From contig ADNK01002055.1 in assembly GCA_000320545.1 (NCBI GenBank), positions 1 through 36,809 on the forward strand: a stretch of DNA of 36,809 nucleotides, given 5' to 3'. The position numbers and the translations under genes are program-made. The DNA comes from Bigelowiella natans CCMP2755 (lineage: Eukaryota; Protista; Cercozoa). Positions 1 through 9,079 of the stretch are shown piece after piece (positions within the stretch are counted from its first letter, which is position 1; every line of letters begins with the position of its first letter). The notes under the pieces were generated by a model, which was given only the letters and a program-made list of their open reading frames with translations, was not told where the DNA came from and did not search any database.

Positions 1-960
1 CGATGCGATGCAATGTGAGAACGCCAGTGGACAGTGAATGCACGCATGCGGCCATGTCCAGGTGTGGCACCTGGTGTTGCCACCCCGGGCGCAATCATTC
101 AAGCTGCCACTCAGCCGTGCAAGTGTTCTGGGCAATCTCAGCGCATTCTTGATTGCTGTTTCTGTGCATGCAATGTGCACTCAACAGCTAGTTGCAGCTT
201 GACAAAACAGAATTCATTTGGACAGGTGGCCACACCACACTGGCAATTGCGCGCATTCGGCAATGCAATGGACTTCCCATCCACTGCGGACTGTGGCCAC
301 GCTAGCTAGCTAGCACGGCTGCTCCAGTCTAGCAGTGCTGTGCGTGGACATGCAAGCTGCTGAGTCAGTGTGCATTGCATCGCAGCTCGCACGTGTGCAC
401 ATGCACACGCGGCAGCTAGCTAGCTGGGGAGCTAGCTAGCTAGTGGCACGCGCACATTGCTAGCTTTTGCAAACGTTTGCGATGCGCGTGCGTCACAGCA
501 GTGCATTGACGATGCACAAATGCATGACAATGATCATCATGCAGCCGCAGGCTGCACGACGAGTCATCATTGTGAGTGCAGTCCCACCTCCGTGTCTCCA
601 CCAGTCCAGTCCTTCCCAAGCGAGACCACCAGGCTAGCAGGAACATTGGGAGGCTCGTTACGCATCTGCCTCAATGAACGACCAAATGAACAAACGCAGT
701 GAAAGAAAGAGCAGAAAGGAACTTTGATGATGAACTGACGTTTCCAAAGTGTTCGTTGCACACACGCACGTGACGACAACGTGCGTGTGACACTGGCAAT
801 CATTCCAATGAATGAACGCAGTGAGTGATTCCAATGAATGAATGAAATGTCAAAATGATGTTCGTAATTTGACATTGAACACGATGCATGGACAACAATG
901 AATGAATGAAGTGAGCGAGTGAGTCATTCCAATGGTGCAGTTGAAGGATCACACCAGCAT
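1..960. repeat. TpA-depleted degenerate repeat block (probable transposon relic), truncated by the window start
   Basis: Manual count gives 14 TA in 960 bp: 12 inside CTAG (mostly GCTA tandem runs at 301-465) and 2 others (659, 865). It has AATG-type simple repeats at about 806-910. The motif TGATGATGAAC...TTTCCAAAGTGTT at 725-753 recurs at 33059 and 33426. Confidence 0.7.
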
Positions 961-1115
961 GGAATGACACCTACCAATTGTGGGTTCCGCAATTTGCTTT
1001 TGGATTCCGTACGCCAACGCAAACTCCTTCTAGACCGGTGTTAACGGTATTTCTGTGAAAACCAGTGTATTTTTGGGGAAAATGCCTTCATCACTCTGTC
1101 GCAGATACCAAAAGC

Positions 1116-2743
1116 ATGCAGGGGATGGCGTCCTCGCTCCTGCACCGTGCGGGCCGTGGCCTCTCACTGCCACGTCTGAGCATACATAATAAAGCAGTCC
1201 CTACTTAAAATTATATTGTTGCACATGAATAAAAGAAACATATCTGTTAGTCTCCACCGTAAGCGGCTGGGCATAGCCTGAATGGTTTTTTTGTTTTTCT
1301 GATTCTCCAGGGTCACCTCCACAGCTGCGTGGTTTCGCTTCAAAAGCAGCAGGGGGTTCAAGTAGTAACACTAAAGACTCAGCTGGAAGGCGTTTGGGGG
1401 TAAGATTGACATGGATGATAGCCTCAAATGAATGAATACTCTGATATTGATCTGACATCGGATAGGTGAAAAAATTTGGGGGCAGGATGGTACACCCTGG
1501 GGTCATTCTTGTTAGACAACGAGGTTCTATGTAACAAAGAAGTTTCACATCGCCATGAATATCGCTTCTAAACCTTTTATTAAACTGATGAATTGGCTGT
1601 TAGGCACGAAATTCCATCCGGGGCTGAACGTTGGTATAGGAAAAGATCATACGCTCTACTCGTTGATAGAGGGCAAGGTTGGAACGATATGTTTTGTATT
1701 TCGTTCAATTTCCATGTAAAAGTCGTAGAGGGGAGGAATCCTCACACTGTGCAAAAACAGGTCAAATTCTCGAGGACCGTCCGCCCCGAGGTTACGAATG
1801 TGCGTGCGAGGGTAAGGAAATTCTATCACATTTTGTCAAAGGCATGTAATGTTTTAAGCCCATGCTGTTTTATCACCGTTCTCCCACACATTTTATTTAT
1901 CTATACAGTTGAGAAAGTTTGTAAATGTTCTTCCCATCGAAGACTACCACGAATTTCCTAAAGGTATGTGCGTATGAGTGAAATAATAGTTATGACGCCT
2001 AAGTGCCCCATGTTCAAGCTCTCTATCCCCCGCCTCCCTACCCCTCTCTTTCTCTCTCTTTCTCTATCTCGCAATCTGCAGAAATTGTGGAAGAAATGCA
2101 CGTGACAAGGAAGCGTATCAAAAAGGTGCCATAAAAATAAAAGACAATTTCTCATTCAAGATGATTGGGACAGTGCTAGATAGTGGCCTGTTTTTGTATT
2201 AAATGTAGTTGATCGTGGTTTGAAAGAATACCGTATATTTTAATCGAGACCTTGGCGAATATCTGCTTAATTTTTACCGAATGAGAATAGATCGGGCTTC
2301 TCCTCCGAGGCTGAAACATATGACTGTTATCTTTCACAGAACAATCTCGAAATGAAGGCTAAGTTGCGTCAGGAGAGAGAGCAGGTAGAGCAAAAAACAA
2401 TGTGATCATGCGACCTGTCTACGCCCAATGCATACATCTGTAATTGCCAAACACTCATAGAACTGCCAAAATGAACGTCGCAAAGCATGGTCACATTGAT
2501 TGTAATTGATGCAGATCAAAAAGGAGACCGCAGACAGGATCGATGATGAAGTTCAGACGAAGCAGGTAGAAAGACAATTGTGTCAAGAGTGCAACAATCT
2601 GACTTCACTTGCAGAGCTGAATTAAGTCAATAACCTCCTATCATTTCGTAATCTAGACTGAAAGAGAAGCCAGAGTAGCAGCCTTCAAGAAACGCATGGA
2701 AGAGCTTGAAGCTAAGAAAGCAGCTTCTGCCTCAACTTCATAA
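1116..2743 (+). CDS. MRPL27: Mitochondrial ribosomal protein bL27 (multi-exon)
   Basis: Manual splicing gives ...[22 protein letters not shown]|[20 protein letters not shown]|[24 protein letters not shown]|[17 protein letters not shown]|[13 protein letters not shown]..., the L27 signature. The N-terminus (MQG)[17 protein letters not shown] looks like a mitochondrial presequence (ATG 1116 or 1125). Coiled-coil C-terminal exons end [31 protein letters not shown] at 2741-2743. Exons around 1200-1310 and 2150-2340 are uncertain. Confidence 0.85.
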
Positions 2744-3281
2744 AACTTGCAATTTGCAACATAGTCTAGTTCTCGAATCCTACAGATAGTAAAGCAGAGG
2801 TTCAGATCGATAGTAAAAATTCTTTGTTAGCATGCATGGTGAGCTGGAATGTTGCAAATTGACAAGAGGGGCATCCATTGAACTCCATCATTGATGGTGA
2901 TTGACACAAGGAATCTGCTACATGTACTGCACATAGTTGATTCTACGCTATAGACACAAGGAATTTGCTATTTGTGGTGTAACATTGTGTGCCCGACGGC
3001 GAACATTGTGGCATGTAATGTAACATTAGGCCGTGCGTGCAATGCTTAATAGGCACAAGCCAAGCATCCCACTGTAGTAACGCCACGTCGCAGCATGCAA
3101 GGAAAATGGGCACAACTTTCTCGCAGTCAACGTGCATGCATGAAGCGCTCAATCATGCAATCTAGCAATGTGTGCCTCGCACACAAAACTGAAAAAATCA
3201 TCATCGCGGCAAAAGGCACATGCAAAAGCCGATCTCATCTATGCATCAAAGCAGGGCTAGAGGGACTGACGCGAGAAGAGC

Positions 3282-3607
3282 TGTAGCGCGTACCACTACG
3301 CGGGCACAAGTCACGTGCGACAACAAAGGGGTTGTCGCGGATATAGAATATAGATAACGTAGATATTAATACAGCATAGGCACGTGGGTTCCGGCGGGAC
3401 TCATGGCAGCACACCGGAAGTGTGCTGCCCCACGTGCGGCGGCATTCGCGAAAGCTTCGCGAATGATTACGCAGTGCACGATTTAATAAAAATATAATCT
3501 TTAATAAAAATAAACACAACTCTTCAAAAGGAAGCAAACGTGCCTTTCCCCCCCCCTGCCTACTTGTGCACGTAGCGCCTCGGCCTGTGAACACCTTACG
3601 CGCAACA
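3282..3607 (+). repeat. 5' LTR
   Basis: Begins TGTAGCGCGTA and ends TACGCGCAACA (10/11 inverted terminal repeat). Identical by eye to 8672-8997. Two TTTAATAAAAATA copies at about 3482 and 3500 are candidate polyA signals. Confidence 0.97.
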
Positions 3608-3612
3608 ACCTT

Positions 3613-3630
3613 TGGCTTCCACACACGGGA
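3613..3630 (+). promoter_or_regulatory. Primer-binding site (tRNA 3'-end complement, possibly tRNA-Glu or tRNA-Asp)
   Basis: TGGCTTCCACACACGGGA lies 5 nt after the LTR. The reverse complement of 3613-3635 is TCGTTTCCCGTGTGTGGAAG-CCA, which resembles a T-arm, acceptor stem, G discriminator and CCA. The tRNA identity is inferred. Confidence 0.75.
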
Positions 3631-3646
3631 AACGATTTGACTAACA

Positions 3647-4864
3647 ATGTCACAGCAGCTAGAAGAACAGCAGGACTTTGGCTCGCAGGCCGTGCAAGGG
3701 CACGAGCAGAAACAGGAAAGGAAGGGCGATACGGACGCTAAGGAAGGAGGAGGAACACCTCCACAGGCACCGCCGGGACCAGCACCCGGGATTAAGAAAG
3801 CAGATGCAGCAGCAGAGGCACTGGAGAACTTCTACGAGGCGGACGACGAGGACGTGGCCGCCGAAAGCAAGAAGGTCGTAATGGCATTACGAGCCTTGCG
3901 ACCCAGGGCGAGCAACTACGCCAAACTGAAAGTATCGATAGAATACAAGTATCAGACACATGATGTTTGGGCAGCTATCATGCAGGACATCATGGATTAC
4001 GAAGCAGACTTACCTCCAGAGTGGGCAGCTTTGTTTAGGAACGACGGGGGTCTGGGCGCCTCGCGGGGGACGACCCAGAGCACCGTCAAGCAGCAGCAGC
4101 CGGTACAGCGGAACACCCAGTTCATGTCTGTTAAAACAGCACCGGTTATGATAACGAAATACAACGGGAAAAGAGGTGAGGCAAGGAGGTGGTGGAAGAA
4201 CGCTAGGAGTATACTCTGCGACTTTACCCCTAACCCCACCGAAAACGACAAGCTCAAATGGCTAGCTATAATAAAGCAAGCCATGGACCTTTACGAGACA
4301 GGCAGGACCCGGATCAGGCAGCTAGAGAAAATACACACTACAGTTAGTGGGCTACGAGACGTTGAGGCGATAATGAAGGCTTTTGTAAATGAACAGGATG
4401 CTAACTCCCTACCCCAGGCTATTAGAAAATACAGAGCAATGATGCAGCATGAGAGAGAACCTGTTAGAGACTTTGCCACGCGCTTCCAGGATATGATCGA
4501 CGAACTACATGATTTTAATTACAACACAGGTGATGATCAGGCAAGGTTTGAAGAGTTCAAGTTAAAGATAAAGGAATCCACTTACGTTACGGAGAAAGGC
4601 TACACCACGATGGAGGCAGCAGTGCAGGCTATATCCCTACGCGAGCAGGAGCAGGACCGCAAGTTTACCAGCCCTAAGGTACCTGGCATAGGAAACATTA
4701 ACGCTATTAAGCCGCAGCGAGACTGGTACAAGGACAGGGAAGGTAACCGACGTTGCGGATACTGCTCACGTAAAGGGAAACACACCGCTAAAGACTGCAG
4801 AGACAGGAAAGAAGGACGACCCAGGATGACGATCAGGCAGCTCAACGAACACTACGAGAAGTGA
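3647..4864 (+). CDS. gag: Gag (capsid-like region plus zinc knuckle)
   Basis: 405-aa ORF immediately after the PBS. It has the retrotransposon-gag-like QHEREPVRDFATRF and the knuckle CGYCSRKGKHTAKDC (CX2CX5HX4C). It ends at a single TGA in frame with pol. Confidence 0.9.
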   Translation: MSQQLEEQQDFGSQAVQGHEQKQERKGDTDAKEGGGTPPQAPPGPAPGIKKADAAAEALENFYEADDEDVAAESKKVVMALRALRPRASNYAKLKVSIEYKYQTHDVWAAIMQDIMDYEADLPPEWAALFRNDGGLGASRGTTQSTVKQQQPVQRNTQFMSVKTAPVMITKYNGKRGEARRWWKNARSILCDFTPNPTENDKLKWLAIIKQAMDLYETGRTRIRQLEKIHTTVSGLRDVEAIMKAFVNEQDANSLPQAIRKYRAMMQHEREPVRDFATRFQDMIDELHDFNYNTGDDQARFEEFKLKIKESTYVTEKGYTTMEAAVQAISLREQEQDRKFTSPKVPGIGNINAIKPQRDWYKDREGNRRCGYCSRKGKHTAKDCRDRKEGRPRMTIRQLNEHYEK

Positions 4865-5062
4865 AAGAGAAAGAAAGGCAGAGGACAAGGATATAACAAC
4901 AGCAAATGGCAAGGCAGCAACAACGGGAAGAACAATAAATATAAGAACAAAAAGCAGAACAGTATCAATGCTATACAGCAGCAGATAAACGGAATATTAG
5001 ATCACCTTAAGCAGGCGCCGACGAAGACAGCAGTACCAGCAACGCAGGACCAAGACAAGCCC

Positions 5063-8000
5063 ATGACCCTAGACGACATAAAGAACTTAGGAGTATGCAA
5101 CATTAATGACGAAGACGCTAACAGGACTATCAAAGTTGCTATGACCAAGGTTAAAGTTAAAGACAGCTACGGAGACTACAAGAAACTACCTGCCCTTTGG
5201 GATAGTGGCAGCATGCCGAAGTCCTTCATAAGCCTAAGCACAGTAAGAAGGTTAGGACTATTGGATCAAGTGACTAAGAAAGAACGTAAATATGCTCAAG
5301 CAGACGGAAGCTCTTCCATGAAGACCGTCGGTGAGCTAATGCTAAAGCTACAGATACCTGGCAGCGACGCGGAGACCCAAATCAAGACCCGAGTAGCCAT
5401 GACTTTATCCATGGAACTACTCCTCGGACAGGATGCCCTAGAAAAATTAGGGGGGATCATATCATTCTACAATCACAAGATATACTTTGCTAAGTTGCCA
5501 AAGAAGTCAGGCAGGACCATCAGCCAGAACATGATACGGCTTGACGAGTGGACCTCTGAGTCAAGCGTTAATGCGTTAGAGTTTATGGACCTAGCGGACA
5601 ACAAGCTACCTACACCTACCGAGCTACGGAAGAAGAACCCCGGCAAGACCATCCGACAGATAACGGAGCTACTGGACAAGACCCCCCCAGCTGATGATTG
5701 GGATATCGACAAAGGCAAAAAGTACATTAATAAAATATTAAACGAGAAGTACTCTGACATCACCAAGCCGACGACGAAGCCCTCCAGCAAGCTTACCCCA
5801 GTAAAGATCGAGCTAAAGAAGGGATACGAAGAGTGCATCATCAATGACCCAGAACATAGGCGACCGGAAGCGGACTGGGAAAAGATAGAGTGGCAGATCA
5901 ATGAATGGGCAAAGGAAGGGAAGATAGAGCCAAGCAACTCACCATGGAACGTGAGACATGTGCTAGCTAAGAAACCTACTTACCCTTTCTTCCGCCTGGC
6001 GCACAACTTCATCCGCCACAACCGAGTAATAAAGAGGATCCAGACACCTACACCAAGGATAGATGACGTTATTGAACACGTCATAGGATACAAATACTAC
6101 TCTTCCCTAGATAAAAATGAATCATACATGCAGACACCCATCCACAAAACCTCCCGCCCCATTACCGCGTTCTCCAGCAGGCACAGGAAGTGGCACTTCG
6201 TCGTATTCCCTTACGGCCTAAGCATATCAGGGGATGCGTTCAGTAGTCAGAACTACAGGGCATACACACATGATGGGATGGCGTCTGTGTTGTGGGTGTT
6301 TGTGTTTGTGTATGTGGATGATGACATAATATGTACCAACACAGTCGTCGCTCAGATCTTCCTCCTGGAAAATATATTTATTAGGTTTGCACACTTCGGT
6401 TTTACTATTAGACTGCAGAAGTGTACATTCCTAGCTACAAGAATCAAGTGGTGTGGATATTACCTGGAGCAAGGCCGCATCACCCCAAACCCCGAGAAAG
6501 TAGCAGCACTACAGCAAGCCCCTAAACCTAAGAATGCAAAGGAGTTAAAGTCATTCTTGCAGACTGCAGCTTGGATACTACGTAGGTTCTCCCCTACCTA
6601 CGCTAGGACTGCAGCTGCTTTTACTACTGCTTACCGGAAGGAGAACTCTGTAGGCCTCAGCTTCGCTAAGGTGTGGGCCAAGGCTGGCCTTGATGCCCAC
6701 TTCGATAACCTAATAAAGTTATGCAGCAACACCCTATTGAATGCTAAGCTAGACACTACTAGACCAGCTACCCTATGGACAGACTGGTCTAAGCTAGGTA
6801 TGGCTGCTGTACTTACCCAAGACCAGCAGATCATACGGGTGTGGGGCAGGGCCTGCACAGCAGCTGAGGCCAAGTACAGCCCTACAAAAGGAGAGTATAA
6901 AGCCATGACTGAGGCGCAGAGGAAACTAAGATACTACCTGCTGTCGGTGCCCAGCTTCACCTTAATGACTGACCACAAGCCCCTCCTAGGCATCGACCGC
7001 AAGCTCGAAGCGCCTAACGATGAGTATGCAGCTATGAGGGCGGACACGGAAGAGTTTAGGGACAAGAGGACAGTGGTCTACGCACCAGGAGACAAGCAGC
7101 TTGCTGACTATTTCAGCAGGCTGTTCGAAAAGAAAGTCCCTACCCAGGTCACCCCTATGGTTAACGCGATTACCTTCGAGGACGGCGACTTCCTGCCTGA
7201 GCCAGAGGAGCTCCAGCACCTTCAAGAACACCTGGATAAATACAAACACAAGCATGAGGTACTTAGTGATAGGATATATGTATACACTAATAATGTTAGG
7301 CGTACCTACGTGCCACGGCGGACCAGGGGAGCCCTTCTCTTTACCGCCCATGGACCTGCACACGTAGGAGAAAACCATATCACTGCTCTACTCTACCATT
7401 ACTACTGGCCCTACAAGCTAAAAGAGATAAGGACATACCTGCGTGGCTGCAGGTGCTCCAGCTTGAAGGCGGCAGGCGTCGCCACCAAGGAGTCCAGCAA
7501 GAGCCGTGCATCTAAGAAAATCAAAGCAAGGAACTTCTTAGATATCGTGCAAATTGATGTTTATAAGTACGATGGCTATCACTACCTTACCTTCGTTGAT
7601 GTGGCCACTGGAAAGTGCTGGGTTAAAAAGATTATCAAGGTCAACGTTGCTAAGAAGAACAAAGGCTTATATAAGCAGAGGCTTACTAACTGCTACCGTA
7701 CCTGGGAGTCTGAGCTCCAGGCTATCCCTGATGAAGTTAGCATAAACAAGATACCAAAGAAGTTACATGTGGATAATGAGACCTCTCTTCTACAGCTACC
7801 ACACCCTAATATTGATGCCTCACCTGTATACTATGCCCAGTCCAACTCCAAGGTAGAGCGACTCCACCGCACCTTGGCCAACCTAAGCAGGATAAATAGC
7901 ACCACACCAGACAAGATACAAGGGTTAGTAAACGACACCTTCACGTCTGGGGGAGGTATCAAGGATAAGGAGAGGGAAGAAGGCGACGACAACGACGACG

Positions 8001-8620
8001 ATACCGAGAGCGAAGACGAGAAGGTCCCGTACGATGGCCGAGTTCTAAAGGAAGGACAGTATGTTAGGGCCAAGGTAAATCTGAGATCGAGAAATAAACA
8101 AGACCCCTTCTGGGGTGGCGTTGCAAAGGTTACCGAGAGGAAGGGGAGGAAGCAGTACTACATCTATGATGGGAACAGGGTCACCTTGCGCCACATCAGT
8201 CACCTAAAGAATTATGATATCGGTGAGAAGCTCCTAGAGGATGTTAAAGTAAACCCTACTGTGTGGGAGCGAGCAATGCCTTGTTTAGGACCCCGACCTA
8301 AGTTCGATGTGGAATATGGAAACAATAAGGTCAGGGTGAACGACGATTGGCGCATGAAGATTGTCTATCTAGGCTACCCTGGATTACGAAATATGGAGAG
8401 GGTAGCTATGAAAATAAAGGACGGAAAATATCAGCTACTCTACCTAGCTGTTCCCGACTTACCCTTTGAGCACTGGTATAAGGTCCTGGGGGACCTTGAT
8501 GCAGAGGGCTGGTATGGACACGAACCTAAGGACGAAGGTGAGTTCTGGGTAAGCGACAAAGGAGATAAGGTTAGAGAGGAATCTATTACCTGGTGGTTGG
8601 TGAAGTTCCGAAAGCGATGA
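5063..8620 (+). CDS. pol: Pol polyprotein: protease, RT, RNase H, integrase, C-terminal Dam-like domain
   Basis: Protease LWDSGS; RT PYGL and YVDD; RNase H WTDWS, YSPTKGE and TDHKPL; integrase H-H-CxC zinc domain, D(7556)-D(7772)-E(7856) and a GPY/F-like C-terminal domain; then an extra domain of about 125 aa. The frame is open from 4865. Confidence 0.95.
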   Translation: MTLDDIKNLGVCNINDEDANRTIKVAMTKVKVKDSYGDYKKLPALWDSGSMPKSFISLSTVRRLGLLDQVTKKERKYAQADGSSSMKTVGELMLKLQIPGSDAETQIKTRVAMTLSMELLLGQDALEKLGGIISFYNHKIYFAKLPKKSGRTISQNMIRLDEWTSESSVNALEFMDLADNKLPTPTELRKKNPGKTIRQITELLDKTPPADDWDIDKGKKYINKILNEKYSDITKPTTKPSSKLTPVKIELKKGYEECIINDPEHRRPEADWEKIEWQINEWAKEGKIEPSNSPWNVRHVLAKKPTYPFFRLAHNFIRHNRVIKRIQTPTPRIDDVIEHVIGYKYYSSLDKNESYMQTPIHKTSRPITAFSSRHRKWHFVVFPYGLSISGDAFSSQNYRAYTHDGMASVLWVFVFVYVDDDIICTNTVVAQIFLLENIFIRFAHFGFTIRLQKCTFLATRIKWCGYYLEQGRITPNPEKVAALQQAPKPKNAKELKSFLQTAAWILRRFSPTYARTAAAFTTAYRKENSVGLSFAKVWAKAGLDAHFDNLIKLCSNTLLNAKLDTTRPATLWTDWSKLGMAAVLTQDQQIIRVWGRACTAAEAKYSPTKGEYKAMTEAQRKLRYYLLSVPSFTLMTDHKPLLGIDRKLEAPNDEYAAMRADTEEFRDKRTVVYAPGDKQLADYFSRLFEKKVPTQVTPMVNAITFEDGDFLPEPEELQHLQEHLDKYKHKHEVLSDRIYVYTNNVRRTYVPRRTRGALLFTAHGPAHVGENHITALLYHYYWPYKLKEIRTYLRGCRCSSLKAAGVATKESSKSRASKKIKARNFLDIVQIDVYKYDGYHYLTFVDVATGKCWVKKIIKVNVAKKNKGLYKQRLTNCYRTWESELQAIPDEVSINKIPKKLHVDNETSLLQLPHPNIDASPVYYAQSNSKVERLHRTLANLSRINSTTPDKIQGLVNDTFTSGGGIKDKEREEGDDNDDDTESEDEKVPYDGRVLKEGQYVRAKVNLRSRNKQDPFWGGVAKVTERKGRKQYYIYDGNRVTLRHISHLKNYDIGEKLLEDVKVNPTVWERAMPCLGPRPKFDVEYGNNKVRVNDDWRMKIVYLGYPGLRNMERVAMKIKDGKYQLLYLAVPDLPFEHWYKVLGDLDAEGWYGHEPKDEGEFWVSDKGDKVREESITWWLVKFRKR

Positions 8621-8663
8621 AGGTCTAAGGGAATAAGGAAGGAAGGAAGGAGCAACGTGACTT

Positions 8664-8671
8664 GGGGGAGG
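8664..8671 (+). promoter_or_regulatory. Polypurine tract
   Basis: GGGGGAGG directly abuts the TG of the 3' LTR. A longer purine-rich run lies at about 8627-8652. Confidence 0.85.
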
Positions 8672-8997
8672 TGTAGCGCGTACCACTACGCGGGCACAAG
8701 TCACGTGCGACAACAAAGGGGTTGTCGCGGATATAGAATATAGATAACGTAGATATTAATACAGCATAGGCACGTGGGTTCCGGCGGGACTCATGGCAGC
8801 ACACCGGAAGTGTGCTGCCCCACGTGCGGCGGCATTCGCGAAAGCTTCGCGAATGATTACGCAGTGCACGATTTAATAAAAATATAATCTTTAATAAAAA
8901 TAAACACAACTCTTCAAAAGGAAGCAAACGTGCCTTTCCCCCCCCCTGCCTACTTGTGCACGTAGCGCCTCGGCCTGTGAACACCTTACGCGCAACA
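8672..8997 (+). repeat. 3' LTR
   Basis: 326 bp, identical by eye to 3282-3607, followed by the TSD GAGC. Confidence 0.97.
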
Positions 8998-9079
8998 GAG
9001 CATTGCATGAAGATGTCGTTAGTTGTGAGTTGCACACGCAAGCGCGAAGATCGGATGCAGACAATTTTCGCGCGCGAAC

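Larger units (their letters stand above)
3282..8997 (+). mobile_element. Full-length Ty3/Gypsy LTR retrotransposon, very recent insertion
   Basis: Two identical 326-bp LTRs with TG...CA ends. 4-bp TSD GAGC at 3278-3281 and 8998-9001. PBS and PPT present. Gag, then PR-RT-RNaseH-IN order, which is the Gypsy order. Confidence 0.97.

Noticed and set aside
1030-2155. Apparent minus-strand gene from ORFs 1201-1548 and 1958-2155
   Set aside because: The plus strand splices into a clear bL27 protein, so these are antisense shadows.
3282-3607. Hammerhead ribozyme (retrozyme-type) in the LTR
   Set aside because: No CTGANGA...GAAA core was found on either strand by eye.
3235-9041. Twin minus-strand ORFs 3235-3624 and 8625-9041
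   Set aside because: They simply span the identical LTRs, have different starts and ends outside them, and show no protein-like features.
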